This document shows, in pieces, positions 40,237 through 48,984 of a stretch of 64,000 bases of DNA. The notes below the pieces were generated by a model that was given only the letters and a program-made list of their open reading frames with translations, did not search any database and had not been told where the DNA came from. Each line of letters opens with the position of its first letter. Within the stretch, counting starts at the first letter, position 1. Source of the stretch: Rhodocyclales bacterium (GTDB lineage Bacteria; Pseudomonadota; Gammaproteobacteria; Burkholderiales; Rhodocyclaceae); contig JACRMV010000006.1 in assembly GCA_016235025.1 (NCBI GenBank), positions 172,951 to 236,950 on the forward strand, read 5' to 3'. A program made the translations under genes and the position numbers.

Positions 40237-40614
40237 TCAGCGGTGCGGGCGGGAATGCTGCGGACGCGGATGCTGCGGACGATCCATCCTGCCGTCGTGG
40301 TTAAGGTCATGCTGGCGGTCGTGTTTCTCGCGGTAGATATGGCGGCTTTGCACATCCTGGGCGTGCTCGATGCGGGCGCGCTCCCTGCGCGTCACAGCGC
40401 CATCGGCTTCGGCCCGTGTCTCCATGTTGTCGACATGGGTCTGGCCTTTCTCCAGTCGCGTCGCTTCGCGTGTAGTCAGCGCACCGGATTGCACCCCTTG
40501 ATCGATGCGTTGCTGCTGGTTGGCCTGGCGCTGGTCGATACGCGGCGTAGCGACTTGCGCCAGGGCGGGAATGGACAGGGCGGCCAGGACAGCAAAGGCG
40601 GTCAGCTGTTTCAT
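40237..40614 (-). CDS. Small secreted Gln/Arg/His-rich hypothetical protein
   Basis: Signal peptide ending ALA-Q; [24 protein letters not shown] repeat; good RBS (AAAGGAA). Confidence 0.8.
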   Translation of the reverse strand: MKQLTAFAVLAALSIPALAQVATPRIDQRQANQQQRIDQGVQSGALTTREATRLEKGQTHVDNMETRAEADGAVTRRERARIEHAQDVQSRHIYREKHDRQHDLNHDGRMDRPQHPRPQHSRPHR

Positions 40615-40725
40615 TTTCAGTTCCTTTCAGGTGAGTGAATGATGTTCGGGGTTTGCCCGGAACAAAGCTTAATTCATGCACATAACCACGATGGGTAACG
40701 AGTTGTAAGCGGGTATGTCCATGCT

Positions 40726-41463
40726 TTACATTTCCTCCGCCCGCCACAGGTCAATGCGGTCGCTGAACACCGCACAGACCCCTGCGGCGAACAGCGCATC
40801 GGCCGTAGCGCGATCATTCACCGTATAGCAGGCCACCCGGATGCCGCTGTTACAAATCGGTGCCAGTCGCTCCGGGCTGACCGCCTGCACCGCCGTGTGC
40901 AAAGCCTGCGCGCCAACGGCGGCCAGTTGCTCGCGCCAGTCCGCCGGGATCGTTTCCGTCAGCAGCGCACGCGGCACGGCCGGGGCAAGCTGCATGGCCT
41001 GTTGCAGCGCCAGAGAGGAAAACGAGGACAACACCAGCGCGGCCCCAGGCTGGGCCGCCAGGTGTGCGGCAACGGCGCCGGCCACGATACGCCCCGTTTC
41101 AGCCTCCGTTCCGGCCGAGGGCTTGATCTCGACGTTGGCCCACAAACCCAGCGCGGCGCACAGTTGCAGAGCGGCATGAAAAGTCGGCGCCGGCTCCACG
41201 GCGAAAGCGCGATGATGCTTGCAACCGGCATCAAGACGGGCAATTTCCGCCGCAGTCCTGGCGGCGACCCACCCCTTGCCATTGGTTGTGCGTGCCAGCG
41301 TTTCGTCATGCATCAGGATCGGCACACCGTCAGTCGTCAACATCACGTCGAATTCGACGCCCCGGCAACCCATGCGGGCGGCGATGCGCAGACCGACCAG
41401 CGTGTTCTCCGGCGCCAGCGCTCCACCGCAACGATGCGCGATGATGCGTGGATAGTTGATCAT
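40726..41463 (-). CDS. ugpQ: Glycerophosphodiester phosphodiesterase
   Basis: IIAHRCGGALAPENT, EFDV, MHDETL, NVEIK, YTVND. Confidence 0.92.
   Translation of the reverse strand: MINYPRIIAHRCGGALAPENTLVGLRIAARMGCRGVEFDVMLTTDGVPILMHDETLARTTNGKGWVAARTAAEIARLDAGCKHHRAFAVEPAPTFHAALQLCAALGLWANVEIKPSAGTEAETGRIVAGAVAAHLAAQPGAALVLSSFSSLALQQAMQLAPAVPRALLTETIPADWREQLAAVGAQALHTAVQAVSPERLAPICNSGIRVACYTVNDRATADALFAAGVCAVFSDRIDLWRAEEM
41179..41203 (+). repeat. Dispersed 25-bp motif, copy 8 (inside ugpQ)
   Basis: AAAAGTCGGCG-CCGGCTCC-ACGGCG; antisense to AVEPAPTF. Confidence 0.65.
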
Positions 41464-42773
41464 CCCCGGGGGGACTTGCGCCGTATCGCTGCTTTCGCCA
41501 CAGGCGCCGCCTTTGCCTGCGTCACAGGAGCATTGGCGCGCATGGTAGCCGTATCGAGCGCCTGTTTCGCGGCCCGGTCGGAATTCCAGACAAACGCAAC
41601 TTCTTCGCCGAGGAACTCGCGCAGACGGCCGCGCAGCAACCCCGGCCGGGTTCGATTGCTACCCTTGGAGGAAGCGGAAAGCCGTTTGTCGGCCGCATCC
41701 AGGAGCGCATCCGGAATACCGCTGCCACGCAGCGCCACCATCGCAGCGGGCGTCATCGGCAGGTAACTGGTGGCCGCCACCCACTCTTTCTGGATTTCCG
41801 GCCGCAGCAAATACTCGATGAACCGCGCCGCCAGCCTGTACTCGCTCTTCGTGTGCCCGGCCAGTACCCACAGGGCGGCGCCATCCGGCAACACATCTTG
41901 CGGACGCACGCCATAAACATCGTCGTAATACGGCAGGGGGGCAATGGTGAAGTTCAGCCCGGCGGCGCGCGCGGCAGCATAGAGCGAGGATTCACCGGTC
42001 AACATCGCACATTCGCCAGACAGGAAACGCTTGTCCCCGCCTGCACCCGGCCCCGAATAATGAAAGTAACGGCTTTTCTGCCAACTCGCCAGCAGGGCCA
42101 GATGCTTGACGTTCACCAGGTTGTTGGCGATCACCTTCTCGCCCCGACCGCTGCGCGCCTGCATCGGCTCCCCATGCTGGGAAGAAACATTTTCCACATG
42201 CACCCAGGCAAACCGGCTGCTGGTCAGCGGGCAGGCAACGCCTTTGTCATACAGCGCACCTGCCAGGTTCTGCACTTCCAGCCAGGTATGCGGACGCTGT
42301 TCCGGATCCAGCCCGGCCTGCGTCAAGGTGCTGCGATTGATGAACAGCACCGGCAGGGAAAGACCCAGCGGCAAAGCCTGCAAGCGCCCCGAGGCATCAT
42401 CAACCGCATCCAGAATCTGCGGGTAAAACCCTTTATTGTCAATTTTTCCGCCGCCTTCACGCATCACCTGATGCAGTGGCAGAAAGCGCGGTTGCGTGGC
42501 AAAAAACTCGATGTTGTCATCCGTATCCAGCAAGGCCAGGAGCGGCAGGTGTTTCTTGTCCTCAACGCTGCGCGCATCCTGCAACGCTATGCGTCCCTTA
42601 CCCTTCAGCTCATCGTTGAAACGCACCACCAGCGTGGACAACACGTCCTGTGCCTTGCCATTGAGCGCATGCCGGAGGGTGACTTCCTGTGCCGCTGCGC
42701 CTCCCGCAACAATGCTCGTCCAGAAACCAACCATCAGGCCGAGGGCCGCTTTTTTCATTTTGTCGCATCTCAT
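41460..42773 (-). CDS. UgpB-like extracellular solute-binding protein
   Basis: Signal peptide; SBP family 1 features (FLSGECAM..SS, GAALWV, W..ATSYLP); coupled to ugpQ. Confidence 0.8.
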   Translation of the reverse strand: MRCDKMKKAALGLMVGFWTSIVAGGAAAQEVTLRHALNGKAQDVLSTLVVRFNDELKGKGRIALQDARSVEDKKHLPLLALLDTDDNIEFFATQPRFLPLHQVMREGGGKIDNKGFYPQILDAVDDASGRLQALPLGLSLPVLFINRSTLTQAGLDPEQRPHTWLEVQNLAGALYDKGVACPLTSSRFAWVHVENVSSQHGEPMQARSGRGEKVIANNLVNVKHLALLASWQKSRYFHYSGPGAGGDKRFLSGECAMLTGESSLYAAARAAGLNFTIAPLPYYDDVYGVRPQDVLPDGAALWVLAGHTKSEYRLAARFIEYLLRPEIQKEWVAATSYLPMTPAAMVALRGSGIPDALLDAADKRLSASSKGSNRTRPGLLRGRLREFLGEEVAFVWNSDRAAKQALDTATMRANAPVTQAKAAPVAKAAIRRKSPRG

Positions 42774-42936
42774 TCATTGTCCTTTCAAGCTTTGGGCTCA
42801 CCCCGCCGTTCGGCAGATTTTATTTTGTTTTGGCAGACGCTGATGAGCGCCCAGCCTCAAGCTGCCAAGCTTAGCCGATCACGACAGCTTGTCTGAATGA
42901 ATTTCGACTTTCTTTGCCGTCAGTGCCACACATTCG

Positions 42937-42966
42937 TTCACCTTAATGAGCAATCATGCGTATAAT
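42937..42966 (+). promoter_or_regulatory. sigma70-type promoter for the tRNA
   Basis: TTCACC-N18-TATAAT, ending 13 bp before the tRNA. Confidence 0.5.
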
Positions 42967-42979
42967 CATGCCCTCTTTA

Positions 42980-43056
42980 GCGCCCGTAGCTCATCTGGAT
43001 AGAGTACTTGGCTACGAACCAAGGGGTAGGGAGTTCGAATCTCTCCGGGCGCACCA
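42980..43056 (+). tRNA. tRNA-Arg(ACG), 77 nt, CCA encoded
   Basis: GCGCCCG/CGGGCGC acceptor stem, CTTGG-CTACGAA-CCAAG anticodon arm, TTCGAAT T-loop. Confidence 0.97.
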
Positions 43057-43062
43057 GATCAC

Positions 43063-43110
43063 AAGCCATTGCCGAACCCGTCTCCCGGACTTCTGCAATG
43101 GCTTTTCCTT
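43063..43110 (+). terminator. Hairpin/terminator after the tRNA
   Basis: AAGCCATTGC..GCAATGGCTT 10-bp arms followed by TTCCTT. Confidence 0.55.
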
Positions 43111-43321
43111 TTGCCGCCAGAAATACACCTGCACACAACGCCGAAACAGGCGCGCACTCCGGCCCGCATGCAATACACCCTCCTGTATCCCTGGCATTCT
43201 CCGAGAACATGGACAAACAGGTATGAAAGCAAAATAAGCATATGCTGCCTTAATTGATTACAATGGGCTTCAGTTTTCAAACCGAATGACATCAGAGGGT
43301 TAGCGCCAACCGCATTCGTCT

Positions 43322-44176
43322 ATGGCAAAACGTGACTCCCCCTGGGAGTATCTTCTCGTCATCGCAGAAATATTCCTGATCACTGTACTGAACTACAAGG
43401 TGACGGGGACATACTATTCTGTGGATGTGCTGTACTGCCTGCCCATCATCCAGGCGACACGCCTGAGTGCGATCCGGGCGTTGCGGCGCTCCGATACGCA
43501 ACTTCCGGTCATCATCGGGACATTCGTGGCACTGGCCTGGAGTCTTGTCGAATTTGCCGCCATCTATCCCGATTTTCCTCTTGCGGCGCTTGTCCTGAAC
43601 ATTCTGGCCCGTAGCGTCACCCTTACAGTGGTGGGCCGCGTAGTTGCCAAACTGTGGCGGGAACGCGAATTTGCCCGCAAGGATGCACTCACCGGCCTGG
43701 CAAACCGGGTTGAGTTTCTTGAACGCTTCGAGGCCGAGCAAGCACGCAGCAAGCGTTCTCAGCACCCCTATTCCGTGCTTTTCGTCGATGTTGACCAGTT
43801 CAAGAAACTGAATGACCAGCATGGTCACCACATCGGCGATGACGCGCTCAGGGTCGTCGCCGACATCCTGCTGGAAAACTCGAGGAACACCGACACAGTC
43901 GCCCGCTTCGGTGGCGACGAGTTCATGGTGCTGGCCACCGAGACCGATGCGCCGGCCTGTGCAACGCTCATTCGCCGAATTCAGGCCGCGGCGGAAAAGT
44001 CGTTCAAGGCCCGGGGCTGGGAAATCGCCTTGTCGATCGGCCAGGCGACCGCAACCGGAAACCAGCGGAGCATCGAGGACATTTTGCGCGAGGCGGACAG
44101 TTCCATGTATTCGGTCAAGAACGTCACACGCGGGCTGGCCGAATTGGGTACCACGCCCGCCAACCACGGCTCCTGA
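43322..44176 (+). CDS. Membrane-anchored diguanylate cyclase
   Basis: N-terminal TM helices; DALTGLANR, VDVDQFKKLND..GD, RNTD I-site, RFGGDEF. Confidence 0.92.
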   Translation: MAKRDSPWEYLLVIAEIFLITVLNYKVTGTYYSVDVLYCLPIIQATRLSAIRALRRSDTQLPVIIGTFVALAWSLVEFAAIYPDFPLAALVLNILARSVTLTVVGRVVAKLWREREFARKDALTGLANRVEFLERFEAEQARSKRSQHPYSVLFVDVDQFKKLNDQHGHHIGDDALRVVADILLENSRNTDTVARFGGDEFMVLATETDAPACATLIRRIQAAAEKSFKARGWEIALSIGQATATGNQRSIEDILREADSSMYSVKNVTRGLAELGTTPANHGS

Positions 44177-44270
44177 CGGTCTTGGCGACCAAGACTGGGC
44201 GCTCCATCATGCCGGGGTGCAGCGCATCATCCTTCCGGGCGCAGCGACCGTGACCTGCCGCAACACACCG

Positions 44271-45455
44271 ATGCCCCGTCCTCCTGCCAGCAAACATGAG
44301 ATCGCCACGGGCAGTGCTCATGACGCACCCCCTGGCCACGCCTGGCATTCGGCAAGCGGCAGCACCGCGCCCCGGCAGATCATCCGCACCGATGACACGA
44401 TGCCGGCCGATACGGCATTCCGCCTGGTCTGCGAAGGCACGGCCCTGTTATGGCAGGGGGATTTCCAGAACGCCCGGCAGTTGCTCCTGGCCCTGGCCCG
44501 CCGGGTGGACCGTCTGGCGGAAAACAGGGACAGCCGCGCCTCCCGCACGACAAGCCCATCCGTCGCTCCGTCGCCCACCGCCGTCTTTCAGCAGTTGCGT
44601 CAGGCACAGGCGCGGCGCGCGCGCCTCCTCGGCATGGTGCTGATCCCGCTCGACGCGGAAGGCCGCATTCCCCTGCGCCGCGCGCCGGACGTGCGCCAGG
44701 CGTGCAACGAAGCCTGCGGCCCGATCGATGTCCCCGGCATCGCCTCGCTGCGCGAAGTGCTTGGATGGATCGGCGCGCACGAATGGCGCAAGAAAGGGGT
44801 TGCCGTCCCGACCCTGAACGCACGCATCCATCCGCACTATGGCGTCTTCGCGCCGGTACGCGGAGAATATGTCGATCTGGTGGCGCAGACGCCCCTGCCG
44901 CCGGCGCTGGCATCCGATTCGCTGGCCTTCGACATTGGCACCGGCACCGGCATGCTGGCGGCCGTACTGGCGCAGCGCGGTATTGGCCGCATCGTCGCCA
45001 CCGACCAGAATCCACGCGCGCTGGCCTGCGCCGGCGAGAATCTGGCGCGGCTGGGATGGACACGACAAGTCACCGTGCTGCAGGCCGATCTCTTCCCCGC
45101 CGAACGTGCGCCGCTCATCGTCTGCAACCCGCCCTGGATTCCGGCGCAGCCCAGTTCCCCGCTGGAAGAAGCCGTTTACGATCCTGACAGCCGCATGTTG
45201 CGCGGCTTTCTCGCCGGCCTGGCCGGGCATCTCACTGCCGGTGGCGAAGGCTGGCTGATCCTGTCCGATCTGGCCGAGCATCTCGGCCTGCGCTCGCGCG
45301 AAGAACTGCTGGCGCGGATTGCCGATGCCGGCCTGAAGGTTGCCGGCCGGCTCGATGCGAAGCCGACACATCGCCGTACGACCGACACCTCCGACCCGCT
45401 GCATGCTGCCCGCGCCGCCGAAGTGACCTCGCTTTGGCGGCTGACGGCACGCTGA
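44271..45455 (+). CDS. Class I SAM-dependent methyltransferase (MTS/HemK-like)
   Basis: FDIGTGTG motif I, IVCNPPW motif IV; start uncertain. Confidence 0.85.
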   Translation: MPRPPASKHEIATGSAHDAPPGHAWHSASGSTAPRQIIRTDDTMPADTAFRLVCEGTALLWQGDFQNARQLLLALARRVDRLAENRDSRASRTTSPSVAPSPTAVFQQLRQAQARRARLLGMVLIPLDAEGRIPLRRAPDVRQACNEACGPIDVPGIASLREVLGWIGAHEWRKKGVAVPTLNARIHPHYGVFAPVRGEYVDLVAQTPLPPALASDSLAFDIGTGTGMLAAVLAQRGIGRIVATDQNPRALACAGENLARLGWTRQVTVLQADLFPAERAPLIVCNPPWIPAQPSSPLEEAVYDPDSRMLRGFLAGLAGHLTAGGEGWLILSDLAEHLGLRSREELLARIADAGLKVAGRLDAKPTHRRTTDTSDPLHAARAAEVTSLWRLTAR

Positions 45456-45460
45456 TTGCG

Positions 45461-45535
45461 TTACGCCGCGAACATGGCCTGCCAGGACGCCAGGCAGACG
45501 GCGTCGAGCAGGGTCTTGTCGATGAGCTTGATCAT
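45461..45535 (-). pseudogene. 24-codon minigene coupled to dnaE, probably fused termini of a WbuC-type cupin gene
   Basis: ATGA overlap with dnaE stop; MIKLIDKTLLDAVC-LASWQAMFAA*; N-terminus resembles WbuC-family starts (recall only). Confidence 0.5.
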
Positions 45536-48500
45536 GAGTAGATGATTTTTACGTTTTCGGGTTTGAGCCAGTCGGCCAGTCCGACCAGCAAGCTGTCGTC
45601 GAGCCGCACGCGCCAGGCGTCGGACAAGGGCAATTCGGTACTTGCATCGGCATTCCGATACGTCAGCCGCACCGGACAGGGGCCGTCACGGAAGGGTGCC
45701 AGCAGGCTGTGCAGGCGCCTGGCATCGGAGCCGCCGTTCATGGCCAGCCGCAGTTCACGGGCATAACGGCCGCGCGCCTCGGCCAGGGTGAACAACTTAT
45801 CGGCGGTAATGCGCAGGCCGCCGCTGTAGTCGTCCTTCTGTACCTTGCCCTCCACCAGCAACAATTCATCTTCCCTGATCTTGGCCCGCTCGGCTTCCCA
45901 CAGTTCGTTGAATACTGTCAGTTCAAGTTGCGTGGCGCCATCATCGAGCACGACCACCGCCATCTTGCCGCGCCGTGTCATCTGGGTGCGGGTACTCATC
46001 ACCACGCCGGCCAGCAACACCGGTTCACGCTGGGGTGCGAGCTGTCCCAGCCGCCGCTTGACGAAGGCGGACAGTTCTGCGGCATAGCCGTTGTAGGGGT
46101 GACCGGAAAGGAAAAATCCGAGTGCCGCCTTCTCGTGCATCAGGCGTTCGCGTTCGTTCCAGCGCGCAACATTGACGTAATGCGTGGTCGCCGCATGATC
46201 GTCGTTGCCGCCATCGAACAGGCCGCCTTGCAGGGCATGGCGCTCGGCATGCTCGGCGGCTTCCAGCGCCACGCCGACCGACGCCAGCAGTTTGGCGCGG
46301 TGGTCATCGATGGCATCGAAAGCACCGGCGCGAATCAGCGCCTCGATCACGCGCCGATTGGCAATGCGCTTATCAACGCGATTGCAGAAGTCGAACAGAT
46401 CGGTAAAGGCGCCCGCGGCACGTGCCTTGAGAATCGAATTGAGCGCCGCTTCGCCGGTACCCTTGATGGCGCCGAGGCCATAGCGCACGGTCTTGCCATC
46501 CACCGGCCGAAAACGAATGCCGCTGGCATTAATATCGGGCGGCAGGAAGGTGAGGCCGTTGTCGACCGCATCCTTGAAGAAAAACTGGATCTTGTCGGTG
46601 TTGGCCATTTCCGACGACAGCGTAGCCGCAGCGAATGCCGCCGGATGATGATGCTTGAGCCAGCCGGTCTGGTAGGCCACCAGCGAATAGGCGGCGGCAT
46701 GCGACTTGTTGAAGCCATAGCCGGCAAACTTCTCCATCACATCGAAAATTTCGTTGGCCTGCGTTGTGCCAATGTCATTCTTCGCGGCACCGGCAACGAA
46801 TACCGCGCGCTGCTGGTCCATCTCCTCCTTCTTCTTCTTGCCCATCGCGCGGCGCAGCAGGTCGGCGCCGCCGAGGCTGTAGCCGGCCACCACCTGCGCC
46901 GTCTGCATCACCTGCTCCTGGTACACCATGATGCCGTAGGTCGTCGACAACACACGTTCCAGACTCGGGTGCGGATAGATGACCCGCTCGCGGCCATGCT
47001 TGCGGGCAATGAAGTTGGGAATGAAGTCCATCGGCCCCGGCCGGTAGAGGGCATTGAGCGCAATCAGGTCTTCCAGCCGGTCGGGACGGGCCTGTACCAG
47101 CGCATCCTTCATGCCATCCGATTCAAACTGGAATACCGCCGTGGTGTTGGCGTTCTTGAAAATCGCGTCATAGGTTTCCTTGTCATCGAGCGGCAACGTG
47201 GCGAGATCAATGTCGGCGCCTTCCACCTCTTTCGCCAGGCACACGGCTTCATCGATGATGGTCAGCGTGCGCAGGCCGAGGAAGTCGAACTTGACCAGTC
47301 CGGCTTTTTCCACATCATCTTTGTCGAACTGCGAAACCACGGCCGCAGCGCCATCGGCGGCATACAAGGGGCAGAAGTCGGTCAGCTTGCCCGGTGCGAT
47401 CAATACGCCACCGGCATGCATGCCGACGTTGCGCGTGAGGCCTTCAAGTCTCAGCGCCAGCGCCCACAGCTCGGCGATTTCCTCCTCGCTCTCGATCCGC
47501 GTGCGAATCAGCGGCTCTTTTTCCAGCGCGGTACTGAGCGTGATTCCGAGCTCGTTGGGAACCAGCTTGGCAAACTGGTCGACAAAGTTGAAGCCAAGGT
47601 CGAGCACGCGGCCGACATCGCGGATCACGGCTTTGGCCGCCAGCGTGCCGAAGGTAACAATCTGCGAGACGGCATGGGCGCCGTATTTCTGCTTCACGTA
47701 CTCGATGACGCGATCCCGCCCTTCCTGGCAGAAGTCGATATCGAAGTCGGGCATCGAGACGCGCTCGGGATTGAGGAATCGCTCGAACAGCAGATCGTAG
47801 TACAGCGGATCAAGATCGGTGATGCCGAGGCTGTAAGCCACCAGCGAGCCCGCGCCGGAGCCGCGCCCCGGGCCGACCGGAACGCCATTGTTCTTGGCCC
47901 AGTTGATGAAGTCGGCGACGATCAGGAAGTAACCGGGAAAACCCATCTGGATGATGGTCTTGATCTCGAATTCGAGACGCTCGACATAGCGCGGCCGCTC
48001 CTGTTCGCGTCGGGCGGCATCGGGAAACAGCCGTTCCAGCCGGCGTGTCAGGCCATCGTGCGCCTCACTGGCGAAGAAGTCCTCCAGCGGCTGGCCAGCC
48101 GGCGTCGGAAAATCCGGCAGGCGGCTCTTGCCCAGCTCCAGCGACAGATTGCAGCGCCGGGCAATCTCCACCGCATTGACCAGCGCCTCCGGCAAATCGG
48201 CGAACAGCTCGGCCATCTCCGCCTGGGTCTTGAAGTACTGCTCGGGGCCGAAATTCCTGGGCCGGCGCGTGTCGCCCAGCACATAGCCCTCGGCAATGCA
48301 GACCCGCGCCTCATGCGCCTTGAAATCATCGCGGGCCAGGAATTGAACCGGATGCGTCGCCACCAGCGGCAACCCGAGTCGTGCAGCGAGGTCGGCGCTT
48401 GCCGTCACCAGCGCTTCTTGCGCCGATGCGCCCGCCGGCCGCTGCACCTCGATGTAATACGCCCCCGGAAACAGCTGTGCCCAGGCCTGCGCACGCACCT

Positions 48501-48972
48501 CGGCCTGCTCGATCTTGCCCGCCGCGAGCAACTGCCCGACATCGCCCAGCGGGCCACCGGAAAGCGCAATCAGGCCGCCGTTGTCGCCTGCACCCAGCTG
48601 GGCACGCGTAATCTCGGCGCGGCCATGACGGCGCGGTGAAAGATAGGCGGCGGAGAGCAACTCGCACAGCCGCAGATAACCCGCGTTATTTTTCACCAAC
48701 AACAACAGCCGCGCCGGGGCGCCCTGCGCATCGCTGCCGGCATCGCCGATCCAGACATCACAGCCGACGATTGGCTTGATGCCGCGCGCACGTGCGGCGG
48801 AATAAAACTTGACCATGCCGAACAGATTGGCGAGATCGGTCAACGCCAGTGCCGGCTGGCCATCTTTCACGGCGCACGCAATCGCCTCGTCAAGACGCGT
48901 GATGCCGTCGCTGATCGAGTATTCGCTGTGAAGCCGAAGGTGGACGAACTGCGGGGAAGTTGAAGCAGGCAT
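45532..48972 (-). CDS. dnaE: DNA polymerase III alpha subunit
   Basis: FVHLRLHSEYS PHP domain, GPGRGSGAGS, MPDFDIDF, KFDFLGL, YGFNKSH. Confidence 0.98.
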   Translation of the reverse strand: MPASTSPQFVHLRLHSEYSISDGITRLDEAIACAVKDGQPALALTDLANLFGMVKFYSAARARGIKPIVGCDVWIGDAGSDAQGAPARLLLLVKNNAGYLRLCELLSAAYLSPRRHGRAEITRAQLGAGDNGGLIALSGGPLGDVGQLLAAGKIEQAEVRAQAWAQLFPGAYYIEVQRPAGASAQEALVTASADLAARLGLPLVATHPVQFLARDDFKAHEARVCIAEGYVLGDTRRPRNFGPEQYFKTQAEMAELFADLPEALVNAVEIARRCNLSLELGKSRLPDFPTPAGQPLEDFFASEAHDGLTRRLERLFPDAARREQERPRYVERLEFEIKTIIQMGFPGYFLIVADFINWAKNNGVPVGPGRGSGAGSLVAYSLGITDLDPLYYDLLFERFLNPERVSMPDFDIDFCQEGRDRVIEYVKQKYGAHAVSQIVTFGTLAAKAVIRDVGRVLDLGFNFVDQFAKLVPNELGITLSTALEKEPLIRTRIESEEEIAELWALALRLEGLTRNVGMHAGGVLIAPGKLTDFCPLYAADGAAAVVSQFDKDDVEKAGLVKFDFLGLRTLTIIDEAVCLAKEVEGADIDLATLPLDDKETYDAIFKNANTTAVFQFESDGMKDALVQARPDRLEDLIALNALYRPGPMDFIPNFIARKHGRERVIYPHPSLERVLSTTYGIMVYQEQVMQTAQVVAGYSLGGADLLRRAMGKKKKEEMDQQRAVFVAGAAKNDIGTTQANEIFDVMEKFAGYGFNKSHAAAYSLVAYQTGWLKHHHPAAFAAATLSSEMANTDKIQFFFKDAVDNGLTFLPPDINASGIRFRPVDGKTVRYGLGAIKGTGEAALNSILKARAAGAFTDLFDFCNRVDKRIANRRVIEALIRAGAFDAIDDHRAKLLASVGVALEAAEHAERHALQGGLFDGGNDDHAATTHYVNVARWNERERLMHEKAALGFFLSGHPYNGYAAELSAFVKRRLGQLAPQREPVLLAGVVMSTRTQMTRRGKMAVVVLDDGATQLELTVFNELWEAERAKIREDELLLVEGKVQKDDYSGGLRITADKLFTLAEARGRYARELRLAMNGGSDARRLHSLLAPFRDGPCPVRLTYRNADASTELPLSDAWRVRLDDSLLVGLADWLKPENVKIIYS

Positions 48973-48984
48973 GGTGAGTCAATT

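Noticed and set aside
42980-45455. Integrative element at tRNA-Arg
   Set aside because: No integrase and no duplicated tRNA 3' end seen in the window.
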